Notes under the pieces: model-generated
Seen by the model: the letters and a program-made list of their open reading frames with translations, nothing else
Database searches by the model: none
What the model was told of the DNA's origin: nothing
Assembly: GCA_002269645.1 (NCBI GenBank)
Contig: NIVC01003379.1
Coordinates: 1-64,000, forward strand
Origin: Macrostomum lignano
Lineage: Eukaryota
Length of the DNA stretch: 64,000 nucleotides
Direction: 5' to 3'
Shown: positions 48,950-61,643 of the stretch, piece by piece
Layout of the letters: each line of letters starts with the position of its first letter
How positions within the stretch are numbered: position 1 is the stretch's first letter
Position numbers and translations under genes: made by a program

Positions 48950-51581
48950 ACTAAAACTCGATGATGAAAACTTCTTCCTGACCACGTTCCACACCCCGTT
49001 CGGCCGATATCGCTGGAAACGAGTTCCATACGGTCTCTCATCCATTCCCTAGGTCTTCCAGAAGAGAATGGAAGAAAACGTCACAAACAACGTGAGAAAC
49101 TCTAAGAACTTCTTTGACGACATCATCGTGTGGGGAAGAACAGTCGAGGAGCACGACCAAGCTGTGCGAGAGCTCCTGGAGCAGTGCAAGCGTGCCAAGG
49201 TGACACTGAACCCACAGAAGATGCGAGTCGGTGTCCAAGAGCTCAACTACCTAGGCGATGTGCTCAGCTCGGAAGGGTTGCGAGCAGATCCAATGAAGGT
49301 CAAAGCCATCAAAGAAATGATCCGGCCGAATGATGTTGAAGCTCTCACTTCGAAGAAGGAGCAGCTAAGGCGATTTCTCGGCTGTGTGACGTACCTGGCC
49401 AAGTTTGTCCTCATCTTTCCGCTACTGCAGAGCCGCTTAGACACCTGCTCAAGAAAGACGTCATTTCGAGCTGGACGCATCAGCACGACGAGGCGTACGA
49501 CTCGATCATCACGGAGCTGTGTTCTAACAGGGTTTTGGCCACATTTGACGTCAGCAAGCCAGTCACCGTGTCTGTGGATGCCAGCAAGAGCGGCATCGGT
49601 GCTGTGCTACTCCAAGAGGACCGTCCGGTTGAGTTCGCTTCATCAGCCATGACTAAAGCTCAGCAGGCATACGCGCAGATTGAGAAGGAGCTCCTGGCTA
49701 TTGTGTACGGCTGCAAGAAATTTCACCGCTACCTCTGGGGCCGCACTGTTAATGTCCAGAGTGACCAAAAGCAACTGGAGTCCATCTTAAAGAAGCAGCT
49801 CTGTGACACCACGCCGCGCATCCAGCGCTTGCTGCTGCAGCTGCAGCCCTACGACATTCGTGTGAAGTACACACCAGGAAAGGAGCTGTACGTCGCAGAC
49901 ACGCTAAGCCGAGCTCACGGAAAGACGGACAGCCTGACGCTTCTGCTGGAGAAAGCTTTGGACGGACAAGTGCTAGCTGTGGAGCGGTGCTTCAGTGGAG
50001 ACCGCGAGATTCTGACAATGATCAATAAGGCCACGGCTGCAGACCAGACGAGCCAGCGTCTGCAGGAGGTCATTCAAGCCGGATGGCCCGAGCATCGAAA
50101 CCGACTACCTGACGATTTGAAAGTATTTTGGGATCTTCGCTATGATCTGACTTTCGTCTCAGGACTCCTGTGCCTGAAGGACCGCATCTACGTGCCAGCC
50201 GGCAGCGCCAGAAGCTCGATCCTAAGAATTTTGCACGCTGGACACCCTGGAATCGTCAAGATGGACCTGAAAGCCAAAGATTATTTTTACTGGCCAGGAA
50301 TGCGCACCTGCATCGAGCGAACTGTCAGCCAGTGCGAGGCCTGCCAGCGTAACATGAAGGCCCAGTCAAAGGAGATATGTGCAGACTGCCAAGAATATGA
50401 TGAAGAAGTGCCAGGGGACTGGATAGAGCCTGGCACTGGCCCTTTTGCACTATCGCAACACGCCGGTCGGCAGCGGCTTCCCCAGCCCGGCGGAAATGGC
50501 GTTTGGCCGGAAACTGCGGTGCGACCTGCCGACAACGGTGCAAGATCTGCGGCCTCGGGAGACCTACGTGCATGCCAGCATCGAAGCATTCCAGAAGGAG
50601 CGGACCCGGGCAGCTCAGCTCTACAACCGCGGTGCGCACGCACTTCGACGCTTGGAGGTCGGCGAGCCGGTCTGGCTTCAGTGCGATCGTCGGAACTGGG
50701 TGGCTGCCGAGGTCGACAGCGAGGTGGACGGCAGCCCGCGGTCGTACTGGCTTCGCACGGAGTCGGGCCAGCTGCTCAGGCGCAACCGGCGGTTCATCAT
50801 GCCACGTGAGATCGGCGTGCCATTCCATGAAAGCTACCCAGTGGCAGTGGCTGATGAGGATGTCAATCTGTCGGAGGCGGACGACCAGCAGGCACCCGTG
50901 CAACCGGCCGTGCAACCCACGACAGAGCAGCCTGCAGAGCCAGTGCAGCCAGCTGAGCAGCCGGCATCTGTGCAACCGTGCTCAAGCTCGGACGACTCTG
51001 GGTTCCGGACCAAGCGAGGTCGGCTTGTCCATCAGCCGCAAAGGTACCAGGCCTCGTGGTAAACTTTTGAGTGAAAACTGACTGTTGACTGAATCTAAAG
51101 GAACTGAGCTCTTTTTAAATTTCTATAATTTTGGTGAAAGGAGGTATGGCAGAAGTTGATGTGTTGCCTTTGGTGCTCAAGCGTGCGATTTAAAAAGCGG
51201 TCTAAAATGATATTTTTCAACATTATTATTGTATTGTTCCATATGATCGTAAAATATTTCAATGTTTTTATTTTTCCCCATTCAACTGTTTTCGTGCGAC
51301 TCTATTCGTGCTACTATATTCGTTCTACTATTTTCGTGCCATTATATTCGTACTTTTCAATGTAAGGAGGTGTTGTGTAATGATCGATGCTGGCTAGCCG
51401 ACGTGCAGTCTTTCTCTTTCTCTCTCAGTGCACCTGCCCCCAGTCCCCCATTGACGCGTACAATGTAAATTGCTCACTGCACTTGACTAAACAATAATAT
51501 ATATATCGGCTCTCTGCCCATCGCTGGCTTTAAGCGTTTCGTAGCTCGCACACACTCGCCTCAACTCGCTCTAACATAACA
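48950..51581 (+). mobile_element. Gypsy/Ty3 retrotransposon, 5'-truncated: RT-RNase H-integrase remnant plus 3' LTR
   Basis: RT: TPFGRYRWKRVPYGL and FFDDIIVWG. RNase H: VDASKSGIGAVLLQ and YAQIEKELLAIV. Integrase Zn finger: LHAGHPG...CEACQRN. The integrase core is deleted at ~50370. Confidence 0.92.
51371..51581 (+). repeat. Probable 3' LTR of the Gypsy element (211 bp)
   Basis: TGTTGTGT...ACATAACA ends (7/8 inverted), preceded by the purine tract AAGGAGG. Confidence 0.6.
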
Positions 51582-52688
51582 AAATCTAGAGCTAAAAATG
51601 AGCAACAGCTAGTCTAATAGCTAGCTAAACAGCTTTTAGTTTGCTTTAAAATTAGATAGGGCCTATTAGCTACCCATGAAGAATATAATATAAAAGCAGA
51701 TTTGTTAGCTTTTTAATAATATTTTGAGTTTAAAATGTACCTAGCCTGCTCTGGCTGAACTAGCAATTTTTAAAATAGGTTTACATGAAAATGGCAAAAT
51801 GAAGGAGATTATTTTCCTGGAGGGACGTTAGAAAAAAGTTTTTAGGATTACTTTTACCCTATAATAATTTATTGTACTTTATGGTACTATAATAAGTTAC
51901 TTAAAAAAATAACGACCAGTGCTTCCAGCATCAACAGCCTGGGCGACTCGTAAAGACACTGCAAATTACAATGTTAATTGTCTGTTAACTTAACATGCTT
52001 AACATCTAACATGTAACGAAGAAAAATGAAATTGTGATTTGAATTTTTTATAAATATAACAACTGTGTCAATCTCTTTTGCAATTAACAGAACAAAACCT
52101 AACACTAATGATATTTTTCTTGTTTTTACTGCACAAGTATTAACAATATATGTTTTTTAGTAATGAATATTTTTTGTGAATTTCGTCAGTAATTAGTCCG
52201 TCTGCAATTGGTTGCTCTCCGACGTCTGGAATTCGTCGGATATTGATAAACTTTTTAAAACTGGTTTTCTACCGGATAAAAATCGAAAAGCCAAAAAAAA
52301 TTATATTTCAAGTAGCTGTTGAAAGACCATTCTTCAGAATCCATGAGAAAAAATGGACTGCAACAAACTTTTTAGTTACGTCGGATAACGACGTCGCACC
52401 GACTTAAAGCCGACTTAAAGCCGAACTTTTCACCCGGAATTTTTTCCGGAATTTTGTGATCCGGGCCCTTTTAATTGATTTCCTGGTGAACGCCCGGATC
52501 AGCTTTTTTGGCCCGGAACAGCCCCTTTTTCCGGAAAAGATCCCGAAATATGATCCGGTAAAATTTCGGGAAAAAGAAAGCTGTTCCGGTTGGATTTTCC
52601 GGAATTTTTCACCCGGAACACTATGGAATTCTGGGTGTACACCCGAATTTCAGTAGTGTTCCTGGTGAAATGGTTCCGGGTGAGATTT

Positions 52689-52950
52689 CGGGACTTAAGT
52701 CGGAATTCCCCAGTGATCTGGACCCAATGATCCGGAAAATTCACCCGTATCAGCTCCCTTGACCCGAATTTCAGCCAAATTCCGGGCGAAGCTGATCCGG
52801 GAAAATTTCGGGACTTGAGTCGGAATTCCCCAGTGATCCGGACCAAATGATCCGGAAAATTCACCCGGATCAGCTCCCTTGACCCAAATTTCAGCCAAAT
52901 TCCGGGCGAAGCTGATCCGGGAAAATTTCGGGACTTGAGTCGGAATCAAT
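52689..52950 (+). repeat. 120-bp tandem repeat (~2.2 copies), CCGGA-rich
   Basis: CGGGACTT(A/G)AGTCGGAAT occurs at 52689, 52809 and 52929. Confidence 0.9.
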
Positions 52951-54759
52951 CCGGCATCCATTATACAAGTACCATGGGGATTTTAAGAGGAAGCCTCCGA
53001 TGGAAAACCGCTGAATACAGACCCCAGCAAATGGCTATCCCATCAGGCAATCCCTGGCATCCATTTGGTCAACGGCGCTAATTCCTCTTGGAAAGCGAGG
53101 GGTAATAAAGCCTCGAAATTGCAATGTGAATTGATCTGCTTTACGGCGGCACTGTAGCGTCCGTAATGTGAGGCTGTGCCCATCCTCCGTACAGGTGACA
53201 ATTGAAAAATTGTTGCGCCCTGATTGTGTGCGAGAGGTTTGACTTCCACTGGCATGTAGTCTATCACAGCTGCTTAGTGTGTCAACGGGCTGAATGATTC
53301 TATCGTCATATTTGACGCTTAGAAGCATAAAATCAACCAACCATATTGTTTGGCACAGCTGGGTGTCTAGACGGAGACTGTGGCATGGTTCCAAATAGCT
53401 CTAACTGGCCCAGTATGCAAAGCAGCTTTCCTATTTTGATAGACGCTAATCCGATTTTTGTCGGTGCATGCTCCATTGGTTTGTCTAAGGCGTTTGCAGT
53501 TGCACCAGCCGTGAGCAGATCACGTTGTCACGGCTGCTAACAAGAGTACCGGATCCCGGTATTCCGCCACTCTCTGGAAGGGGCCTTTGGATAGAAAGGC
53601 CCAAGCGATTGAAGCGACTGCTTTGGCGCGTGTGCCGTCGCAGCAACCGCAGCCGTCACGATGCCCGTCATGCACTACAATGATGGATCAGATCAGATTC
53701 GGGCTTAAGGCGAAGCCAAGGACGAACTGTGTAAGTTTTTTATGCATATACTAGAAGACGTTAGCAGCCTCGTATATATATGAGTGTTGTCGATTCTTAA
53801 GTTTGAATCTGCTTTGCCACTCTCCTCATTTTTATGTACTTAATAGGCGGAGTTCGTGAAAAGCTGTCGGAGGCTCAAGCCGAAAATCGTCAGCTGAAAG
53901 CTGAAGTTCTTCGATTGGAAGCTATCTCCGCTACGAGCTCGTCGGAATCCGACACGACCGTGGCGAGAAGCCAGGCAGTGCTCTTTCAATCTCGGTCAGC
54001 TGCAGAGCGGCAAAAGAAGGCGGACCAGGTGAAGGCGCGACGAATCGAAACATATATTTCCAGACGGCGAGCTACTCGAGGAGTGAAATGCGGGCGATGT
54101 CCAAGATCGAGTGCATAACACCACCACCGCATTTATTTGCAATTAATTTCTAGGTTTTTGTTAAGGCCAAATTCGCTGGATTTGATTTCATTAGAAACGC
54201 TCTTCGAGAAATTGGCTGTGTACATTTATGAGCCCTGATAGGTCCTGGAAAATGAGACAAAAGTCGTTCCTTAATTTTTGCGGAGATCTTTACAATTCTT
54301 AAGCAAGTGAATAGACAAGTCAGCTGACTTGAGTTAACTAGCTAATTAGCTGTATAGCGAGTGACCCACCTGACAGATGCAATCAGAGGTAGGCGATGGG
54401 GATCCCTGAAGAGTAGCCAATGTCGCGATAAGGTAAATAAAACCGTATACGGCTTCAAAAAAAGTTAATGGTAGCATCGAAGTCCAGCTGCCCATCCGAG
54501 TGACATTCAGAAGGTCAGCATTTTTTGTTTCTGAAAGTACGTAGAAGTGCATAGAAATATACGATTTACAGTTGTGTACAACTGAATTCAGTATTTCTGT
54601 TCGTGGACGGCTAAATCGAATTTGATTCAATTCGCAGTCGTGGAAAATGTATGGAACAATGACCCGTTCTTTATTTAATTTTCTGCTACTGTGATAAGCC
54701 CAAGATTTGGCTGCAAATCCGGTTCAATCATCCAGAATTCACCTGGATTCGTGTGCTAA

Positions 54760-55365
54760 TCCGGTTCACTCGCCTGGAATTGTGTGCTGATCCGGTTCAC
54801 TCGCCCGGAATTGTGTGCTGATCCGGTTCACTCGCCCGAAATTGTGTGCTGATCCGGTTCACTTGCCCGGAATTGGGTGCTGATCCGGTTCACTCGCCCG
54901 GAATTGTGTGCTGATCCGGTTCACTCGCCCGAAATTGTGTGCTGATCCGGTTCACTCGCCCGAAATTAGCCCGGATTTGTGTGCTGATCCGGTTCACTCG
55001 CCCGGAATTGTGTGCTGATCCGGTTCACTCGTCCGAAATTAGCCCGGATTTGTGTGCTGATCCGATTTCACTCGCCCGGAATTAGCCCGGATTCGGCTGC
55101 AGATCCGGTTCACTCGCCCGGAATTGTGTGCTGATCCGGTTCACTCGTCCGAAATTAGCCCGGATTTGTGTGCTGATCCGATTTCACTCGCCCGGAATTA
55201 GCCCGGATTCGGCTGCAGATCCGGTTCACTCGCCCGGAATTGTGTGCTGATCCGGTTCACTCGTCCGAAATTAGCCCGGATTTGTGTGCTGATCCGATTT
55301 CACTCGCCCGGAATTAGCCCGGATTCGGCTGCAGATCCGGTTCACTCGCCCGGAATTCGCCCGGA
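54760..55365 (+). repeat. 31-bp-based tandem array (GTGTGCTGATCCGGTTCACTCGCCCGGAATT) with higher-order units
   Basis: Directly visible; later units alternate with TAGCCCGGATT inserts. Confidence 0.92.
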
Positions 55366-56069
55366 ACTGTCACCGGAATTTTTTTATTGATCCGGGTCAC
55401 TTTTCCGGAATTTTTCTTTTTGATCCGGAAAATTCGCCTGGATTCTGTAAAATTTCGTTACAGATCCGGAATTTCCACCCGGATCGGATTGCACTACTTG
55501 ATTGCACTTAAAAGAGGGAACAGGCGGGGGAACAAAGGCGGGGACAGCCGGGGGAACAACCAAGGGAACAATAGTTGAAAACAATGACGTCAGTCCGTCA
55601 CTTGGGGTCCGGTCGTCCTGTCGTCGCCCGCGGGAGATCTGCCGCCGTCCACCCCAGTAGTCCAGTGGTAGATCGGCCTACCACACCCGCCTGCCACAAA
55701 TGTTCCCGGTTTACAGGGACTTCCCAACACTTTAAATTAAATTTAAAGCAATTGAATTACATAGCATTGCCAAAGGTTATGTTGTGAAAAGGTATATTTT
55801 ATTAATTGCAAAATTTTGTAAAGGTTTCGACAAAATTGAAATGCATTTTATAAAAGTAAAAGTAGAGTCCAAAAGTTTGAAGTTTACAAAGTCTATGAAT
55901 CAAATAAATTTGATTAGGAAGCCTCATTTAGGTCTCATTAGGCGCTGTTTTGCAACAAAGCTGTTACAATATTATAATAGAGTTAACACAGTTAGCTTGT
56001 CATTGGCATATAATTCACATTGTCAAGCTTCTTGCAATATAGCTGCATAGTACTAGCGGGTCCTAGTCA

Positions 56070-56225
56070 TTTCGTCAACTGGCGTTTCGTCAACTGGCCA
56101 TTTCGTCAACTCGGTTTTATCACTGGTCGTTTCGTCAACTAGCCAATGAAGCGATCTCAAACCTCGGTCACTTCGTCAACTGGCCAACAGGAAGTGTTCC
56201 AACATTGGTCACTTCGTCAACTGCC
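56070..56225 (+). repeat. Cluster of TTCGTCAACT motifs (probable MITE subterminal repeats)
   Basis: Six copies lie just left of the EnSpm insertion at 56280. Confidence 0.6.
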
Positions 56226-57563
56226 AATAAACTACCCCCCGCAGCCGCAAAAAAGTAAAACTGAACCTTGAAATGACTACCCAACTGGAAAAGTTACGCA
56301 AAATTTACGTTAAAATTACGTTAAATATCAACAAAACTTTGGTAGAATATACGTAGATATTTTACGTAGATTTCACGTTGAAAGTGTCGCGTGAAAATGC
56401 TTTAAATCTACGTATCTGATTTTACGAATAATGTACGTATTATCTACGCAGGAGATTAACGTCCTAAAACAGCTTAATTAGCTCGTATAGTAATATAATC
56501 GTCAGGTTCTAATTAGATTTTAAGCCACAAACCATTGGTGCATATTTTTCTCACCACTTAACTTCTTCGGGCAAGCAATTTACAGTTTAATTTTTCTTAA
56601 ATAGTAATTAAGTAATGGAACACAGAACGCGAAGATTAAAATATACTCTTAATTATATGTTTCTTCACTACATTTGACTGAATTAACGGTATTTTTTACC
56701 GTTCTGTTTCAAGTCGCACCCATAGTATGTTTTATTATTGGCATTATGAAATATATATATAACACCCAAGTATACAAAACTATAGAACATGAAAAAGTAA
56801 AGACTGCAATGTTTGCACCTAATTTCAGCATGCAAAAAAGATTACTTAATTAAAAAATAGGAGCGAAAATAAATATTGAGAAAAGACACAAGAAAAAGTT
56901 AAAGGCTGAATTCAAATTTGCAAGATTCAAGGCAGGAAGAGAAACGGCACGCTTTTAGAGCAGGTGGCATCTGCAAGAATTAAGGTAGGAAGAGAAACGG
57001 AAGAGGCAAAAGTAACATTACGGGCTCGGCACGAGGATTCTATTTAGAAAATTGCCTTTCTACTCATATCTTGAATATATTTGTAACTGTTGTAGATTAG
57101 CTACCATTAGTAGTGGATTAGTCTAAAAAGCAAGTCAAATCTCAAAGGCAAAGGAGCAATCAATTATTCCTAAAGTGCTCGTGAAAATTATTTTCCTAGA
57201 TTGAAGATTTCTAGCATTGTAGTTTATTTCCCCCAAATAATTTTTTTAATGGGTAGAACTAATTTAGGAGTAGCTCTAGGTCTAGGTAATTGAGTTGGGT
57301 AGGGTAGGTAATAGGTGGAAAGTGACCTATCTTACGCTATTTTGTGATTTGGAGATGTTTTTTATACTTTTAAGTAAATAAGTAACTACTAACTGCATGG
57401 ATTGATTGTATACCACTGATTTCTTCACCATGTGTAGTTACTTCTGCAATATATAAGACTAAAATGCAACTGACTGAAATAATTCCGTCGCGGATTGTGG
57501 ATCTCTATAACTACTAGCTTTCAAGTTTCAACAAACAAATAAGAACTAGTGCAAGGGAGCCAG

Positions 57564-59396
57564 CTAGGTCGCCTTAAGGCGGGCAGGCGCCTGACGGAGC
57601 CAGTCGGCAATGGCTGTTTTAACTATATTTGATTCGCACTTGCCCGACTTGCTACCCTGGGCTACCAGTCGCCTAACCAAGGAAATTGTGTTAGCAAAAT
57701 CCTTGAAGACAGCCTTTCCACCTCTTTTGCCTTCGTAATTAAAAGACGCAGCCAATTGCGTAGTGATAAACTTTGGCATTAACATAAAAACGGCTTTGCG
57801 CTGAGAATCAGAAACCATGCAGCCGATATAGGAGGCCAGCATGGTTGATTGTTTAGGAATCCTTAAGTACTGTTCCAGCTGATCCAATTCGTCCTTTGTG
57901 CTTACTGGCAGCACAAAGGGCAAATTTAGCTTTGCAAGCTGGGGCATTTGACGACTAGCCGCCAGTTGTTTTAGCAGCTGGTTATTTTCCTTCGCTAAAG
58001 AAAATGTGGAGCAAACTAAACGCATTAAAGTCGTCTCGTCATCTCCCGTGTAACGAAAGTTTTCCTCTGCGCAAAATTGCGACAAAAAACTTGTACCCAA
58101 TGGAGCAGCATTATCCGCCCGTCGCGATGGGCTTGGAGTCAAATGACTGTCCAGTGGGCCTGGTCCAATGGTGTCGTCATCATCACTGGTGTATTCAAGC
58201 GAGCAGCCAGCTGCCGATTGTACCGGTGTAGCAGGACTGAATGGATGAGGTTAAAGAGCATGACAATTAAGCTTTCAAAAGCGAATATTTTAGTGGTTTG
58301 GATTATACATTGAAATCACCCAGGCCCGCACTTACACCGACCGACCAGAGAAATTCATGCTAGCGGCTGTTTCTTGTCGTTGAACCGAGCTGCAGGCGCT
58401 TGCAGACCGTCCAGCTGCTGAGTGATTTGAGCTAGCGACGCTAGCACTAGCAGCAGATGCTTGCTTCTGTCGTTGAACAGAGTTGTAGGCGCTTGCAGAC
58501 CGTCCAGCTGCTGAGTGATTTGAGCTAGCGACGCTAGCACTAGCAGCAGATGCTTGCTTCTGTCGTTGAACCGAGTTGTAGGCGCTTGCAGACCGTCCAG
58601 CTGCTGAGTGATTTGAGCTAGCGACGCTAGCACTAGCAGCAGATGCTTGCTTCTGTCGTTGAACCGAGTTGCAGGCGCTTGCAGACTGTCCAACTGCTGA
58701 GTGATTTGAGCTAGCGAAGCTAGCAGCAGATGCTTGCTTCTGTCGTTGAACCGAGTTGTAGGCGCTTGCAGACTGTCCAGCTGTTGATGGATTTGAGCTA
58801 GCGACGCTAGCAGCAGACGTCTCGTCATCTTGTCGATGCGAACTGGCACTGGCAGAACAACCATGGAGCGAAAATAGCGAGCCAATATCACCAACGTCCT
58901 CTTGCTGCAGCATATCAGTTTCGGATTCAGTCTCCGAATCGGATTTAGACTTCGACGACTCGTCATCACTTGATACATATTTATTCTTCTTACGCTTTTT
59001 CTGTGTTGGTTCCATATCGATAAGTCGATGAACTGGTTTTCTTTGCCTAGGTGCTTCTGAGTCAGTAGTCTCCAGACCAGGTGTATCCTCGCCCGCAGCA
59101 GCAGCAGCTTCTAGCTTCTTTAGCTTTTCGCGTGCTTTTCGTTCAGTTGATGCCATACCTAAGACTCTAATAGAGCATGAACGCCATAGTGGCTCAAGTG
59201 TAGCTGTAGGCTTTTCCATTTTTGAACGTAAAGAGGCGACTCGACTAGTTGATTGCGAAGTGGGGTAGGCAACACTGTCCGAAGCTAATAGCCAAATCGA
59301 TGGTACATAATCAACTGACTTGTCCTCCAGAAACTCGACTATTGTGAAAGCCTGGTTGCTCGAATGCATCTGAAAGTGGTGTAATAAGAGTAACAA
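57564..59396 (-). CDS. Transposon accessory protein: FTIVEF..VDYVPSIWL N-terminal module, ~93-bp internal repeats, DUF4806-like C-terminus (probably spliced)
   Basis: ORFs 58332-59396 and 57564-58142; same architecture as the accessory gene at 45527-48059. Confidence 0.7.
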
Positions 59397-59543
59397 TCTT
59401 TTTACTTGGGATTGGAATGATTATCGAAATCAGAGAAATCTTCAAGTATTTCAAGTATATTTCAGGAATTATATTTCAAATGAATTAATAATATATCTTG
59501 AAAAACATTTACCTAGTTAAGCTTGTAATCCTAGCTGTTCCAG

Positions 59544-61643
59544 CTAAATCATTGGAACAATGAGCACTGACTCCTCGTCATAATCCTCACCAAGAGGCAT
59601 AGCAAAAAGCTTTGTAACTGGATCTGTAAGCTCAAACATTACAAAAGTATCTGAGAGCTTTGAGGCAATGAAAATTCCAAGTGACTTGCTATTGCATGGA
59701 AAATTAAAATAGTCTTCTTTTTGTTTGAAGCATATTGCAATGACATAGATGGATGAACAATCAGCTCGAGTAAAAATCTTTGATAGCTTAGTAGCTACAC
59801 CATTAAAACTAAAATAGCTGTCTCTCTGATGTTTGACAGATAGTTGCAGTCCTTGAAATTTAGCTTGGGCAAAAAAAATTGGTTGGAAATCAATTTGCAG
59901 TGCAATGTTTCTTGGAAGGCAGTCACTCACTTTTTCAAAAAATTCAATGTTTTTCTGTTGAGAGCCTTGCAGATTTACAGTTGTAACTTGTGTTACTTCT
60001 CTAATTCGGTTTACAAGCTGCATGAATGGCAAGTTACCACTTCTAACACGCCGCCTCAAGAAGCCAAGAGCATTTTCAAACCGAAAAGCACTAAAAGAGT
60101 CAAGACAACCATATAACTCACAATCATCTGGAAGATGCAGCAGTGCATGCAAATTATAAACTAAGAAGATTCTAGAATAACTTTGCTTGCAACTTCGTAA
60201 ATAAACTCTAATAAGACGAGCAACCATGTTCTTCCTATGCCCTTCAATACTACTAGAGCACATAATTCGAGCAATAATGAAAAGTAGACAGAAGTTCCGA
60301 AAAATTTGACGTGGAATCCAGTTATTCTTTAATGCACATATTCCAGTGTACAACAAGAAAGTACGAAACTCAGTTGCTTTCCATAATTTATACTGGGCAA
60401 GAGGTCTAGTCTTTCTGTTGAACTCAGAAGGCATAAATGTCCGTATTAACTCTAGCCTCTCTGAGATTGCTACTCGAGCCCTACTAGTCAGTCTAGAAAT
60501 TCCAAGTGGACCACAATGCCAAAAAGAAATCATGCGCTTAACTACTCCAAGGCAAAGTAAATGCATGAAGTCATAGGGAAGCTGAGATATCATGTTGAAT
60601 GTTGCAAGAGCCAATAGTGGAGATGTTCCTGAATGATGATGATGATCAATCTTTGAACGAAAAGACTGGTTACTTCTAAGTGGCACTACAGAAAAGTCAT
60701 CAAACACAATTCGACCTTCAACTCTTTGTCCACGGATAACGCAACGATCACAGGAATAAAAAGCAGTATGTCCTTTAATACACTTGATAAGTGCTCGAGC
60801 AGGTGTATCAGCCAGAATATACTTCAAATTTAAACGTGTTTGACTTGGGTCTGACATAAGCTCATTGATTTCATTAATTAAAGGTGACATCAATTCTGAA
60901 GCTGTTGGTTTTACATGTCCTTGATAGATAGCAATGACAAAAGGTGTTTCATTAGATCCTAATAGTCCTAAGACTGCCCAGCAAGATGAAGTTGAAGACT
61001 TAGCAAGTGAGAAACCATCAACAAAAACAACCAAATCAGCCTGATTACAGAAGGAAAAGTCCTTATTGTTAAGAAAACACCTCAGACCAAAGTATGCTAT
61101 TTGGCCAGTTGAAATAGCCTGGATAATTGGCTGAGGAAGATTTGCTTTCAAAAGTGTTTTACCACACTTGGGTAAAGTAGGATATTTCTCTTGTAGCCGT
61201 GGTAGTAATACATCTAGACTATAGATAGGAATGTTGAATTTGATTACCCATTGTTTAATAAATTGATTTATGCTATCATCAGGAATACTATTTTCACTAG
61301 TAGAGCTTGCTTCTGGCCAAACATCAATAGATGTACTGCTTGCAATTGAACTTTGATCTATCTGATCTATAATTTCAGAACTGTTAGATCTAGATTGAAG
61401 ATTTGGTCCATCAGTTGAACAAGCCTCTAAGAACAAAGATGCCTCTAATTCAGTTGATGCTGATTCCAAACAATTAGAATTAGACCTTGCTGTTCTTACT
61501 TGATATTTGCTATGAATAATCTTTTTCATAAGTTTTTTAACATTTCGTTCATGTTTTTTTTGGTTATTAGGAACCATAGATGTGATATTACTGAAAGAAA
61601 GAGAAATTGTAAAATAAATTAATAGGGTAAAAGTAAATATCAA
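59544..61643 (-). CDS. EnSpm/CACTA-type (CMC superfamily) transposase, uninterrupted 699-codon ORF
   Basis: Motifs VFVDG, ILADTPARA...KGHTAFYSCDRC, LPYDFMHLLCLGVVKR, WKATEFRTFLLYTG, NLHALLHL and FSAFRFEN. Confidence 0.88.
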   Translation of the reverse strand: MIFTFTLLIYFTISLSFSNITSMVPNNQKKHERNVKKLMKKIIHSKYQVRTARSNSNCLESASTELEASLFLEACSTDGPNLQSRSNSSEIIDQIDQSSIASSTSIDVWPEASSTSENSIPDDSINQFIKQWVIKFNIPIYSLDVLLPRLQEKYPTLPKCGKTLLKANLPQPIIQAISTGQIAYFGLRCFLNNKDFSFCNQADLVVFVDGFSLAKSSTSSCWAVLGLLGSNETPFVIAIYQGHVKPTASELMSPLINEINELMSDPSQTRLNLKYILADTPARALIKCIKGHTAFYSCDRCVIRGQRVEGRIVFDDFSVVPLRSNQSFRSKIDHHHHSGTSPLLALATFNMISQLPYDFMHLLCLGVVKRMISFWHCGPLGISRLTSRARVAISERLELIRTFMPSEFNRKTRPLAQYKLWKATEFRTFLLYTGICALKNNWIPRQIFRNFCLLFIIARIMCSSSIEGHRKNMVARLIRVYLRSCKQSYSRIFLVYNLHALLHLPDDCELYGCLDSFSAFRFENALGFLRRRVRSGNLPFMQLVNRIREVTQVTTVNLQGSQQKNIEFFEKVSDCLPRNIALQIDFQPIFFAQAKFQGLQLSVKHQRDSYFSFNGVATKLSKIFTRADCSSIYVIAICFKQKEDYFNFPCNSKSLGIFIASKLSDTFVMFELTDPVTKLFAMPLGEDYDEESVLIVPMI

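Larger units (their letters stand above)
45203..52430 (-). mobile_element. EnSpm/CACTA-type element, partly deleted and interrupted by a Gypsy fragment
   Basis: Left end AG|CCCGTACAACA resembles the TIR at 36404. GACGTC subterminal repeats occur at 45210-45360 and 52220-52420. The element has a transposase C-terminus (48140-48900: HGLQHLIEDYKLHGTVEKFSSFMFENFN) and accessory-gene exons (47853-48059 FSLVEF..AIVPTSWI; 46151-46396; 45788-46039; 45527-45754). The right TIR was not found. Confidence 0.7.

Noticed and set aside
50287-51081. Overlapping ORFs 50287-50643, 50325-50975 and 50503-51081
   Set aside because: They are shadow frames of the GC-rich Gypsy integrase region.
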